A model generated the notes under the pieces. The model was given only the letters and a program-made list of their open reading frames with translations. It searched no databases and was not told where the DNA came from. The translations under genes and the position numbers were made by a program. Shown piece after piece: positions 12,116-25,311 of a DNA stretch of 64,000 nt (positions within the stretch are counted from its first letter, which is position 1; each line of letters starts with the position of its first letter). This DNA is from Octopus vulgaris (Eukaryota). The stretch covers positions 47,864,001 to 47,928,000 of the forward strand of contig OX597814.1 in assembly GCA_951406725.2 (NCBI GenBank), written 5' to 3'.

Positions 12116-14210
12116 TGTGTGTGTGAATGTGTATATGTGTGCTTGTAAATAACTTTCAAAATATTGTCCTCATCGTTTGTTTACCTAAAATTATGCGCCG
12201 AACAGACACTGATGATAGTTAAATGCGTGACTTCATGAAGATTACTTAGTAACACCATGAGTGAAAGTTGCAGATACATACCCAATAACAAGATCTGAAC
12301 ATATGCCACCGACTTTCTTAACCACATTTCCTTTGTTCTTTGTTACCCTTATCTTCTTTTTCAACAAAGCTAACCGCTTTCCACTTTGTGATAAACTTAG
12401 GGCAAATGTTTGCATATTATTTATATGAAGTGAATAGAATTGCTGTGTTAACTCAATGGAGCATGAACAGACACTGTCGCAATTCTCACACAAACTCCTA
12501 ATTTTATTCCGATTCTAAACTCCTCACAATTTTCTCTACTTTACGAGTTTTAAATTTCATCCTTTCTTTTCAAATTTTATTACAATTATGTAATAATAAA
12601 TTTCATATAATAATAGATTTTATATAAATAATAAAATTTTATAGTTTTAACATTTTTCGGTGTCTTTGTTGACATATATCAACGTCAGAGTTAGTTATTT
12701 GCTGGGAAAGCTTTTAACGAGCGGTTGTTGAGATCTTTTCCCAAGTATCTCTTTCGCTACTAACAGATGTTTGCTGGTCTGTGAAGTCTACGATTGCTAG
12801 ACCTACTATATGAAGACGGTTAACGTCCTTTGGGCATGTGTTCTATTTTTGATACAAAATTGCTGTCAACGAACTGTTGATTTTTATATGTTCTCAGTCA
12901 TTGCTTTATTTGTAACAAAATCTAGATTGGCTAGGTTCTGTTCTTCTTTGGTTTGTGCTGTATATTTCAGCGCTTAATCAAATGATTATTCAAATAAAGC
13001 GATATTGCTAACGTTATGTCAGCATCTGAAACTAGTGGCTTACTAGTCTCTAGTCTCGAAACAACACTTTGAATATAATTTCTTGATATCTGTGACTATT
13101 TTGGATAAAATATTGCATGAACGTGAGTTCCTTCATACTATCCAACGCATTAATAGTCTCTGAAACTAACGCAGGTAAAGTATTTAGAAAAGTTCTCCAA
13201 TCTTGCGGTATCTCGTCAATCTTTTTTATGCTGAGCAGAAAATGTACGTTCATTTCAGTATATATTTGCTTCTAAATATTTTTGTGTTGATTTATTCATG
13301 ACAGGTGACTTACTCGTCTTTCAAACTAGTGATGTCTACTTTCTTTCTTAAATTAGCAGAGAAGAAAGAGGATTACGAGGAAACTGAACTTTTCGGACCA
13401 TCTCTCCAAATCCACCTTACATTTGAATCGTAAATATGCCATCTTTTGCTTTCGCTTCAGATTGATTTTACTGGTTGCCCGATTTATTGTTATTCTAACA
13501 TTACGTGATGCAGCAGCTTTAAAGTTTATGCCTGCTTTCTCAATCAGTATTCCTGGCCTTTTGAACACTTGTTTACTTCCATACACTTCTTCGTATATTA
13601 TTGATTAATTAAGTTGCTTAACATAATAATATGCTTCTTTAGATATATTTAATTTCTTTCCATAATCAGTTTGCGTATGATATTCGGTAGCATCACTTAC
13701 ACAAATTTTCTTATATTTTTGATGTTTTTATTGTTGTTTCTTCGAAGGATGAAACAATGTTTGCCAAGAAGATCCTGGGTTAGTCTTATCTACTTAGAAT
13801 TTTGAGCTTATTCTTTTACAGGAATAAATTAGTCGGTTAATTCATTCTATGTAAAAGAAAAAGCGAAATTGAAGCGAATCAGTAGCACGCCACGAGTTGC
13901 TGTCACGATAAGCTCAAAAGTTACAAATTTTACCTAACCACATGAGATCGAGCGACTGACCAACTTCTTAGAACCAAACTACCTATGGTCAGTTTTTACC
14001 TCTCATGGAATCCTAAGTGTAGAATTGAAACGTGGTCATATTCAAATTTTATAAACTGTTTGTTGCAACAAGAAAAAAAAAAAGAAGCTTGTTAATTAAT
14101 CTGAATTGCTCTTACCTCCTAATAGACCAACAGTCAATAGGAAATGGGCATGCATGGATATTCCTAAATTATGTATCGAGGAAAATGGACAGAGTTTTCG
14201 TTATCCTTAA

Positions 14211-14363
14211 TAATTATCATCAGAATGAGGGTAGGCTATTGTGCTTTATGTTAGCTTGGGGTAATTATCCTCAGTGTACGTGTAGGCTATTATGTTATGT
14301 ATTAGTCAAGGCTGATTATCATCATAATAAGGGTATGCTATTCTGGTATCTATTAGCTAAGGA
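14211..14363. repeat. Degenerate 51-bp tandem repeat, 3 units
   Basis: Units start TAATTATCAT (14211), TAATTATCCT (14262) and TGATTATCAT (14313), and each contains GTA(G/T)GCTATT. Confidence 0.7.
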
Positions 14364-15159
14364 TGAATGAGCATTAAAGTAATGGAAGTCATTCCTTATG
14401 AGTAAGAGTATTGTCAGTGCTAGAAAATGGATTGAAAGAACACCAGAATGTTAGTTTCACTTAGGTATGTTATGTATGCTTCTTTATATATGTTTCGTGA
14501 AACATAGCGGAAAGGGCGTGAAGTATGTTGATCGGATGTCGATCTGAGAGAATTGGATGGATTTGGTGTATGTATACAGTTATATCATATATTTGCCTAC
14601 TAATATATGTGTCTGTGTGGGTTTTGAATACTTGCCTATTTGTGTGTATGTATATACAAAACGTATAAATGCGTGCTTATAAGGTATGCACACTACATAA
14701 TGAGATTCCCTCTCGAATGTTCTGTCAAACTGCACCCTAAAGTGACAAACACTATTACGCATGAATACTGAAATTGATTTTCTTAATGTTCATTCACCCT
14801 TTACTAATGTCCTAACGAAATAGGCCTAGTTTATATAATAAAGAAAATTTGCATTAACCGTGATTCGAAACCGGAATCCGGGTTCTTAACGATATCACTA
14901 TGGAGTGATGTCGTCAGATTAGTGAGATTTCATTATGTAAGAAGTCAAATATTTGTTTATATTTAAATATCCTTTTGTAACCATACTACAAGACAATATA
15001 TTTTTAGGGAGTGAAGAGTTATTATTTTTTTAAATCGACGTCAATGCTATGCTAGTACTGCTAATACTCATTTTAAATATCCTTGAAAGATAAAAAATTA
15101 TAACTGGACATTACAGTATATTATTATATGCATTTTATGAACGGCATACTCTACTCTTT

Positions 15160-15273
15160 TTATTTGTTTCAGTCGTTTGACTGCGGCCATGCTGGAGCAC
15201 CGCCTTTAGTCGAGCAAATCGACCCCAGGACTTATTCTTTGTAAGCCTAGTACTTATTTTATCGTTCTCTTTT

Positions 15274-15274
<1 letters not shown>
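15160..15274 (-). mobile_element. SINE A tail fragment
   Basis: Matches the SINE A tail and ends at a (CA)n tract. Confidence 0.85.
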
Positions 15275-15315
<41 letters not shown>

Positions 15316-15422
15316 ACACATATATATATATGTATAACCTTAGGATATTAATCAACACATACCGAGAAGGACTCACGGACAAGGAGTTTGAATACATCAC
15401 TAACTTCAAGTGCAAATAGAGT

Positions 15423-17091
15423 TTGTTCTATGGTATCCCTAAAGTACACAAAAGCCAAATAATTAGAGAAACATACAAAACATCTACCGATATACTCATC
15501 AAAATCCCTTCACCAAATGATCTTAAACTTAGACCGATAATAGCAGGGCCAGCATGTGAGACTCACCGCCTCAGCAATTTCTTAGACACACTTCTTAAAC
15601 CTTTCCTAAAAGAACATCAAAAGCTACGTGAGAGACGATATAGACATGCTCAACCACCTCCCTAAAACAGTCAATGAGAAAACCCTTCTAGTATCCTTCG
15701 ACGTAGTTAACCTTTATTCTAACATCCCTCACACCCTAGGAATAGAAGCGATCACCTTCTGGCTGAATAACTACTCCTTTGAACTACCAACTCGCATAAA
15801 CAAAGATCTTATAATAGAAGGACTTAGATTTATTTTAGAAAACAATTACTTTATTTTTGACAATAATTTCTACAGACAAAAATCGGGAACAGCGATGGGC
15901 ACGCGTACTACGCCTTCTTTTGCCAACCTAGTGATGGGATACCTCGAGAAAATACTCTACCAGATAACACTCAAGAAATATGGAAACACCTTCTCCACCT
16001 ATATCCAGAACAACTGGAAAAGATACCTCGACGACTGTTTTATCCGCTGGGATAAAAGTATAGAGAAACTTGAGGAATTTAAAATGCTATTAAATGGAAT
16101 AAATGATAATATACAATTCACGATGGATCATAACGAAGAAGAATTACCATTTTTAGACATCCTCATTAAGAAAACCGGCAACAAATAGAGACAGATATCT
16201 ATTATAAACCGACAGACTCCAAACAGTACCTACCCTTTGATTCATGCCACCCACGACACACTAGAATAAATATCCCTTTTTGTTTAGCTAGAAGGATTTG
16301 CACCATAATATCAGACACAAACACCCGACACACACGTCTCCAGGAACTTAGAACCACACTCACAAATAGAAACTATCCCTAATAGACAGTGCAATCCAAC
16401 GGGCACTTAAATTAAGTATAGAAGACCTGAGACAAACAAAACCAAAAAAGAAAGAACAATTAAAAACCCTTCCCTATATCTCTACACACAACCCACTTAA
16501 CAATGAGGCCTTCAGCACCATACTACAAAGCACAGCCCTACTAAAGGGAGACCCAAAGATGAACCGGATCCTCGAAACACACACCATCATTAAAAGTAAA
16601 CGGCAACCAAAATCCTTGAAAAGGATTTTAACCCAAGCTAAACTGCATTCAACATCAACCACAAAACCAGCAGTTAGAAAATGTGGAAGGCCCAACTGCG
16701 GAATCTGTGTCATCTTGGTAGAAGGTTCAGAATTTATACTAGAACAAGGCCATCAGTTCACCATTAGAACAAACTTCACCTGTGCATCAGAAAACTTAAT
16801 TTACGTCTTAACATGCGCAGGCTGCAATATGCAATATATAGGCCATACAAAAAATAGCTTACAAAAAATAGGATGGCGGTGCATAAATCACAAATTAGAA
16901 ACCCTGAATACCGGAAAATACCGGTCAGCGGACACATAGATAGATGTGCTGTAAATGAAAATCCGAAATTTACAACTTACCCACTTTACAAATTCAGTGA
17001 CAGCGTAACCTTCACTCAACGCCAAAATAAAGAACTTTATTTCATCAAAAAATTTAGACCAAGTTTGAACACCCTGGGCCAAGAATATTAA
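15423..17091 (+). pseudogene. Penelope RT/GIY-YIG polyprotein pseudogene (split over ORFs 15423, 15628, 16559, 16873)
   Basis: Conserved PLE motifs in consecutive frameshifted ORFs. Confidence 0.9.
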
Positions 17092-17371
17092 AACAAAACA
17101 TTGGTCTTCCGAAAAAGAAAAAACGAAATTCTACCACAACCACTACGACTGCTCCCACTAGCACTACTACTACAACCACCGTGGTCACTACCATTACTGC
17201 TACGATCAACAGCCCCCTACTACTACCACTGCAGCTACGGCCACAGTGAGAGAATTAAAATAGTGGAGGTGGAGGGAATTACAATTTCTCAGATCCTCAA
17301 ACAGTCACCCCCGCTGGCAGTGGTATGTCTTAGGGAAGGAAGAATTTATAAAAAGATTTTTTCTCTGCGGG

Positions 17372-17677
17372 CAGATCTGATTTTGATTCGTCAAAAAATT
17401 GATGACATTTTACCTCCGTGGTCAAACTAGTCGTTCTGCTTGGCTAGCCACCTTACAGGATACAGTTATGGGTCAGATCTGATTTTGATTCGTTAAAAAA
17501 TTGATGACATTTTTCTTCCGAGGTCAAACTAGTCGTTCTGCTTGGTTAGCCACCTTACAGGATACAGTTATGGGTCAGACCTGATTTTGATTCGTTAAAA
17601 AATTTATGACGTTTTTCTTCTGTGGTCAAGCTTGTCGTTCTGCTTGGTTGGTTTCCTAACAGGATACAGTTATGGGT
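17372..17677 (+). repeat. Three 102-bp tandem repeats in the PLE 3' region
   Basis: Units start CAGA(T/C)CTGATTTTGATTCG at 17372, 17474 and 17576 and end GGATACAGTTATGGGT. Confidence 0.92.
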
Positions 17678-18015
17678 TTTTTCCTTATATTCGTTGAAGC
17701 TGGGTTTTGATTGGTTTGGAATTATATGACGTCAGTGAACAGTGCCAGAGTAGCTGATATAACCCCAACAGACGACGACCAAGAATCACTTCTGTTGCTC
17801 CCATTGGAACACAAGGTAAAATCTATAATGAACTTCTCCACTACACTCGACAAAACAGTAAGGAACGACTATGGATTTTTTCTATTATACTCTTTATAAT
17901 ATATTTGATAAGGTTCGCCTTTTTAAGAACATGGATTCTATTGAATGTATATAGCATGGATTCTATTGAATGTATGTAACAATTATGAACTGTTCCATTA
18001 TACTGTTTATTATAA

Positions 18016-18063
18016 TTTTTTTTGATAAGGTTCGTTATTTCAAGAACCGAAACATGTAAAATT
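18016..18063 (+). ncRNA. Minimal type-I hammerhead-like motif with U3:A8 core variant at the PLE 3' end
   Basis: UUGAUAA-GGUUC-(10 nt loop)-GAACC-GAAA-CAUG-U-A, with a palindromic CAUG loop and a weak AU stem I. Confidence 0.6.
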
Positions 18064-18120
18064 AAAATTTATCTAATATAGTGGCGTTTTCAAACTTCTT
18101 TTTTACAAATATATATATAT

Positions 18121-18282
18121 AGGGGCAGGAGTGGCTGTGTGGTAAGTAGCTTGCTAACCAACCACATGGTTCCGGGTTCAGTCCCACTGCGTGGCATCTT
18201 GGGCAAGTGTCTTCTGCTATAGCCCCGGGCCGACCAATGCCTTGTGAGTGGATTTGGTAGACGGAAACTGAAAGAAGCTCGT

Positions 18283-18319
<37 letters not shown>

Positions 18320-18539
18320 CTGTGCATCTGTGTTTGTCCCCCTAGCATTGCTTGACAACCGATGCTGGTGTGTTTATGTCCCCGTCACTTAGCGGTTCGG
18401 CAAAAAGAGACCGATAGAATAAGTACTGGGCTTACAAAGAATAAGTCCCGGGGTCGATTTGCTCGACTAAAGGCGGTGCTCCAGCATGGCCGCAGTCAAA
18501 TGACTGAAACAAGTAAAAGATAAAAGAAAGAAAGATAAA

Positions 18540-18541
<2 letters not shown>
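18121..18541 (+). mobile_element. SINE family A, full length
   Basis: Head AGGAGTGGCTGTGTGGTAAG...GGGTTCAGTCCC, internal (TA)(TG) tract, tail ...GACTGAAACAAGTAAAAGA. Confidence 0.92.
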
Positions 18542-18600
<59 letters not shown>

Positions 18601-18601
<1 letters not shown>

Positions 18602-18764
18602 GACGGGCTTCTTTCAGTTTCTGTCTACCGAATCCACTCACAAGGCTTTGGTCGGCCCGAGGTTATAGTAGAAGACACTTGTCCAAGGTTCCACGCAGTG
18701 GGTCTGAACTCGGAACCATGTGGTTGGTAAGCAAGCTACTTACCACACAGCCACTCCTGCGCCT
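18601..18764 (-). mobile_element. SINE A head only, inverted relative to the 18121 copy
   Basis: Reverse complement of about 18121-18285, ending at (TA)n. Confidence 0.88.
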
Positions 18765-19145
18765 ATTTATATTCATATATTATTGGCGGTGTAAGAGACT
18801 TTTCAAACATTGAAATATGCAACAAAATGATATTTTCAGAATCATTTGAAAATCTGAGAGAATAATAAAAATGTACACTTTAGTTTTAACGTAAGTATTA
18901 ATACTATGGATATTCTTTAAATGACATTCTGCTATATTCTTTAAGTCATAGAAATATAGACAGTTAAAATAACAGAAAATATAAAATTACTTAACTGTGG
19001 TGTGTTTCTGAAATTCCGACCATGAGCTCAACCTTACTGACATCTTTAAAAACTTTTACGCCTCAATCAAAAATATGAAACTAACTGAAGCTGTTAATAA
19101 ATAAGCCTTACAGAATATTCCTGTATATTAGCTCACTCACTTACT

Positions 19146-19372
19146 CTCTCTCTCTCTCTCCCTCCTCCCTTCTCTATGTATGAATGTGTATACACACACA
19201 CACACACACACACACATACATACAAACACACACATACACACACATACACACACAAACACACGCACGCACACATACATACACACATACACACACATATGAC
19301 ATACACGTGTACACACACACACATACACACGCACGCATATATTTATATATTTGTGTGTGTGTGTATATGTAC

Positions 19373-19417
<45 letters not shown>

Positions 19418-19466
19418 TATACATATATATACATATATACATATATATACATATATACATATATAC

Positions 19467-19539
<73 letters not shown>
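19146..19539. repeat. Compound (CT)/(CA)/(TA)/(TG) microsatellite
   Basis: Direct reading. Confidence 0.95.
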
Positions 19540-19543
<4 letters not shown>

Positions 19544-21119
19544 ATAAAATTGCACTATCCGCAACGTTATAAGATCTAATTAACGAACAAATTCCCAAGT
19601 AAAAATGTTGACAATCCCTACACCAAATCTCAGAAGATGTTTTGCAGCAAGTTCTAATGATTTAGCCGACTGGAAGAGAGATTTCCTAAAATATTTTCCC
19701 TTCCGTAAATTGCTATAAATTACCTTATATTTATGGTTTGTTATTTCTTATTACGTGATATTATTAGCTATTTCCACGAGGCAGAATATTTTCTGTGGTT
19801 TTTAAGGTTGTGGCCTTGCAGAAGACTGCAATCTAACAATGAAATATCACAACTTATTTTCACGATTGAATTATGTCGCAATCTAATTTTCTTGCGGCGA
19901 TAAGACTTAAAGCATAATGTACAACTGTGTTTGACATAAAGGCCCCAGAACTGTGATATAATGATGGTGGTTCTATGCTCGAGGGCAATTAGATATTATA
20001 TGGCAATGAGATTTCAGTCAAATGGAGTTCTGTCAATCAATTATACATTTTTTAATATATATATATATTTTTGTATATTTAGCGACATTTTTACTATGTC
20101 CCAAAGGCTTTGGGAAATAAAATTAATGATATTCTTTGCGCAGAATTCCCGGCGACATTTTATAATAAGAAATCAAGGTTTTTCCATTGTTTCCTTATGC
20201 GTTACAAAGCAAAAATAAATAAGCCAGAACAAGCAAGTACAAGAAAATTAAAAAAGCAAACAAACAAATTATTTTCAAGCTTCGGGCTATAAAGGAAAAG
20301 TCATTTCAAAAACTGATCTTTTCTCGCGCCACAGCATAAATCCGGACGGAAATACACATAAATATGCTGTATGGACTCGCAAATAAACTAGTTTGCGAAG
20401 CTGACTGATTCATCGCACTGGTTTAAAGATCTTCCACCAAATTTAGGGATTTTACTTAATTTGAAGGATATCTGACTGTATTTTTCTAATTAAGTCGCAA
20501 TATAATTACAAGAGATGTGGCTCAGTAATAATTGAATTTTGACGCTAGAAACATGTCAGTTATGTATCACCAACTGGACTTTAAGGAGTCTACCTAAATC
20601 TATCTAAGTCGCTTCGTTAGCTTGACTTAGCGGCATGCCAATAGAAAGTTTTAAAATAATGCACTGATTGCGAGTATTATAAGTGAATGCACATACATCT
20701 TGTAGAAAACATAAAGTTTGTTGTAGTGTAAGGAAGAAAGAAAAAGGAGAAACAAAGAATTGAAGAAAGCGGTTGAAGGAAGCAGATATGAAAATAATAT
20801 GAAGAGAACTTAGCGAGATTGGAATTAGAAATGAGTTATAAGGAAACAAAGAAAACCTAAATGAAATGGGAAAATGCACAATGAAACAAATAAGTATGGA
20901 AAGAAAATAATTTCTTTTATACAAAGAGTTTAATAGTGCAAACCATTTCCGTTAATTTTGTACAATTTAAGGCACACGTATTGGAGCTTTGGAAGCATAC
21001 TGATTCGAAGACGAATACAATGAAAAGGAACCATCTGTCTTTTTGTTTTTTTTTTGTTTGTGTATGAGCCTATTGTATATTTAAGTTAGAGCGACACTTG
21101 ACAATCACATAGTATGTAA

Positions 21120-21500
<381 letters not shown>

Positions 21501-21649
21501 TACTCTTTTACTCTTTTACTTGTTTCTGTCATTTGACTGTGGACATGCTGGAGCACCGCCTTTAATCGAGCAAATCGACCCCAGTACTTATTCTTTGTAA
21601 GCCTAGTACTTATTCTATCGGTCTTTTTTGCCGGACCGCTAAGTTACGG
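21501..21649 (-). mobile_element. SINE A tail fragment
   Basis: Matches the SINE A tail and is embedded between microsatellites. Confidence 0.85.
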
Positions 21650-21650
21650 A

Positions 21651-21720
<70 letters not shown>

Positions 21721-21721
21721 C

Positions 21722-21813
<92 letters not shown>

Positions 21814-22240
21814 ATATATACACCCCCAGCATGGCCACAGCCTTAGAGTTGAAACCTATAAAAGAATATACAACTCTGTGTTTGCGGGCATGCAAATGAT
21901 ATGTTTAATGCTCCCTTTTAATTCTTTGAATCCTCTCTGTAAGTAAGATGCTTTTTCATTAATATATGAGTCGTTAAATATTGAATTTTGGAAGTATCGC
22001 CAATATTTTCATTGGTTTGAGGAGACCGAATTTGCCAGATCCGCGTTAAGACGCGTTTCTTTATGCATGCACTACAGTATTACCCGTCATACGACGCATA
22101 AGTTAGGAAACATATCTTAATCATTCTGGATAATATCAGATAATAATAATATATAGGTGCAAAAATTGTTATTTTAATTTTTTGTTTTATTTTTTCAAAT
22201 TTCGTAGTTGCTTCTACAAAACAATGAAATGAATTGGGAT

Positions 22241-22468
22241 ATCTTTATATATAAAAGTGAAGTTGTGTGTCTGTCTCCTACGATTTAGATTCCTAACTAC
22301 TCCCACATTTTGCGGTGCAGTTTAACCAAAACCAGGTATCTTATAGTCGTGATTCATATCGAGCCCTTCTGAGTATTAGTGCCCGTCTACGATGAGTCTA
22401 CGATTAAAAAAAAAATTTACCATCATTTTTTCCCGTTTTTAATGCATTTTTTGCTATCATATAAGGGA
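22241..22468 (+). mobile_element. Non-autonomous Helitron-like element, 3'-truncated (same unit as at 34338 and 35547)
   Basis: A|TCTTTATATATAAAAGTGAAGTTGTGTGTCTG..., near-identical to the 3' module of the tandem Helitron. Confidence 0.75.
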
Positions 22469-22940
22469 TATTTTAAGCCGTGATAAAGTTATGGATATGG
22501 ATTTGTAAAAAATAACGGTCTATATCCACTGACGATGAAACAGTATTATATAGTACAATAACTTTCGAAATTTGTGGAGGACAGACACTTTTATCATGCA
22601 ATAGTGTTGGTGTTCTCTTGAGGGTTTTTTCATATAATTTTATGATGCGTAGTGGCGTTTGATCTGAATACTAAAAATGGATGTTATCAATAATAATAAT
22701 GCTGTTTAGTTATAAACTAATTACAGACTTAACATATTAATTAATTCCCTCTAAGGTAGCGTGACTAATATAAATTAAAATAAAATTAAACGTAACAAAC
22801 TTTTAATTTTCTCATTTGTATTTTTATACTACATACATATATACATACATATATACACATACATACACACGCACACACACACAAACGCACACACACACGC
22901 ACACACACACACACTCACACACACACACATATATATATAT

Positions 22941-23058
22941 AGGCGCAGGAGTGGCTTTGTAGTAAGAAGGTTACCTTGGGCAGGTGTCTCCTACTATAGC
23001 CCCGGGCCGACCAAAGCTTTGTGAGTGGATTTTTATAGACTGAATGTGTAAAAAGTCC

Positions 23059-23110
<52 letters not shown>

Positions 23111-23300
23111 ACAACCGGTGTTGATGTGTTTACGTCCTCGTAGCATAGCTGTCTGGTCAAAGAGGCCGATAAAATAAGTACTAAATTTTTTTTAAAAAGT
23201 TAAGTACTAGGGGCGATTCATTCAACTAAAACTTCTCCAAGGCGGTGCCCCAGCATGGCCGCAGTCTAACGATTGGAATAAGTGAAAGACAAAAAATAAA
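22941..23300 (+). mobile_element. SINE family A, diverged, with internal deletion
   Basis: AGGCGCAGGAGTGGCT head, (TG)n tract, GGCGGTGCCCCAGCATGGCCGCAGTC tail. Confidence 0.8.
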
Positions 23301-23329
23301 TAGATGACAATCATAAAAGTTTAAAGTGA

Positions 23330-23544
23330 AGAAAAGACTGCGTGCTATCAGAGTCGTTAGCAAGCCGGATGAACTGCATGGCGGTATTTCGTTCGTCTTC
23401 ATGATCTGAGTTCAAATTCCACCGTGTTCAACTTTACCTTTCATCCTTTCGGAGTCGATAAGTACCAGTGGAGCATTGGGGTTAATGTAATTGACTACCC
23501 TCCTCATCCAAATTTTAGGCTTTGTGTCTATAATAGAAAGGATA
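23330..23544 (+). mobile_element. SINE family B, older copy
   Basis: GAGTTCAAATTCC B-box and CTTTCATCCTTTCGG core. Confidence 0.7.
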
Positions 23545-23987
23545 ATTTATTTGTTTATTGCCCAAATGAGGCTAAACATAGAGGGGACAAACAAGGGGAT
23601 TAAGTCGATTACATCGACCCCAGTGCGTAACTGGTACTTATTTAATCGACCCCGAAAGGATGAAAGGCAACTTCGACCTCGACGGAATTTGAACTCAGAA
23701 TGTAACGGCAGCCGAAATACTGCTAAGCATTTCGCCTAGCGTGCTAACGTTTCTAATTTCTTTATTGCCCACAAGGGGCTAAACGCAGAGAGGACAAACA
23801 AGGACAGACAAACGGATTAAGTCGATTATATCGACCACAGTGCGTAACTGGTACTTATTTAATCGACCCCGAAAGGATGATAGGCAAAGTCGACCTCGGC
23901 GGAATTTGAACTCAGAACGTAACGGCAGCCGAAATACTGCTAAGCATTTCGCCCAGCGTGCTAACGTTTCTGCCAGAGCGCCGCCTT
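23545..23987 (-). mobile_element. SINE family B dimer inserted in the tail of an older SINE B
   Basis: Two tandem units. 17-bp TSD TCTATAATAGAAAGGAT at 23528-23544 and 23988-24004. Confidence 0.88.
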
Positions 23988-25311
23988 TCTATAATAGAAA
24001 GGATTATCATTAGTAGTAGTAGCAGGAGGAGAAGGCGGGGGGCAAAGGCGAAGAAGAGGGGAAGGTGAAAGAAGAAATAGAAAAGAAACAATAGACAGAG
24101 GAGAAAATAGAGGAGGTAGATTATTTGTTGGTGTAATGTCAGTTGTAGTCGATGAAAGAGTGAGGAGAAGAGTAAATCCACATGAGGTAGTGTTACCAAG
24201 CAATGAATGTGTATAGGATTTGTGTGTATATTTCTGGATATTTTTGTTTTAAGTTTTTTGCAAAATCCATGTCGATCACTCACAAAGTGATAAGGTTTCT
24301 TTGTTTGAATGAAGAATGTTCTGGGGATTTGCGAATATGTGAATGCGAACTAATGTGTGCATAATAAATGAGCATATGGATGGATTTATTTGTACTCGTG
24401 CAAAGGATGAGCATGTCTCATAAGTATGTAACATTAGCTTTTATGTGTGTATATGCACATATGCACATATGCGATGGTATCTTTGTGTTAAAATTCATAA
24501 ACTCAAATGGAGAGTCTCCTATATTCACTATGTGTTAGGTGTGTGTCATTTTGCTTTGATCTTTCTCGAAAGACCTCTGCATCTCCAGGTCTATATGTAA
24601 ATCTATTGTTACAAAGCCCAGTGTTTCGATGACATTGGACACACATAAGAATTTATAGATAACTATAAGAGTACTAGATTCCACATTAGTTTACCATATA
24701 ATTTCTCCAATTCTACAATGGTAGACAAAACAGTCACTTCTATCACCCATCCGAACTTCATATAAAAGTAATTATCAGGCCCTATAGTGCTTGCACGGTA
24801 TTGCTGCTTTTATTACAATGCTCCACTTGTATTCCTTATTGTTAAGTGTGGTTTTAGCTCTCATGCATCTATGCTATAGTTATCAAGACGAACATTTCCA
24901 TGAATAGCATTGTAAACAGTTGTTGTAACAATGTTGTTTCATAGGAAGGTAGTATCCTGAAGACATTTTTGGGTTGTTTCAGACGATGTGAGTAATATTT
25001 TCCCCACTAGTGACACGATCGACATTTTCTATCATAACGTGTGGGGACATCCTTATTTATTTCTTTTGTTGATCAAGGTTTTAGTACCTATAACCTGCTC
25101 CTGAAGGGTCAAGGCGAATACTTTTTATGTGGGATGCAATATATCTACAACACATCTAGAAGATACTGTATTGCATGTCAATATTGTTATCTTGCGGAAT
25201 ATTACCCATGAATAATCTTCTGCTAATATGAGTAATAATAGTAATAAAAGTTGTTGTTGGTGTTGCTGCTGTTGTTTGATTGTTTGTTTGTTGAGCGAAG
25301 TAGTCTTCGTC

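Larger units (their letters stand above)
15337..18072 (+). mobile_element. Penelope-like retroelement (RT + GIY-YIG endonuclease), 5'-truncated and frameshifted; Cys-rich linker suggests the Neptune group
   Basis: RT motifs FYGIPKVHK, LRPII, SFDVVNLYSNIP, QKSGTAMG, RYLDD and LPFLD; then IYYKPT...SCHP; a CGRPNCGIC linker; and NLIYVLTC..C..QYIGHT (GIY-YIG). Long 3' region ends in a hammerhead-like motif. Confidence 0.93.

Noticed and set aside
17372-17677. CRISPR-like array or tandem hammerheads in the 102-bp repeats (TTGATGA...CAAACTAGTC)
   Set aside because: Whole units are repeated with no unique spacers. G12 of GAAA is absent and no stem II follows the core correctly.
24200-25200. Possible C2H2 or Cys-rich zinc-finger relic (KKPYH, CPH, CKH fragments on minus)
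   Set aside because: No complete finger motif in any frame, so it cannot be supported.
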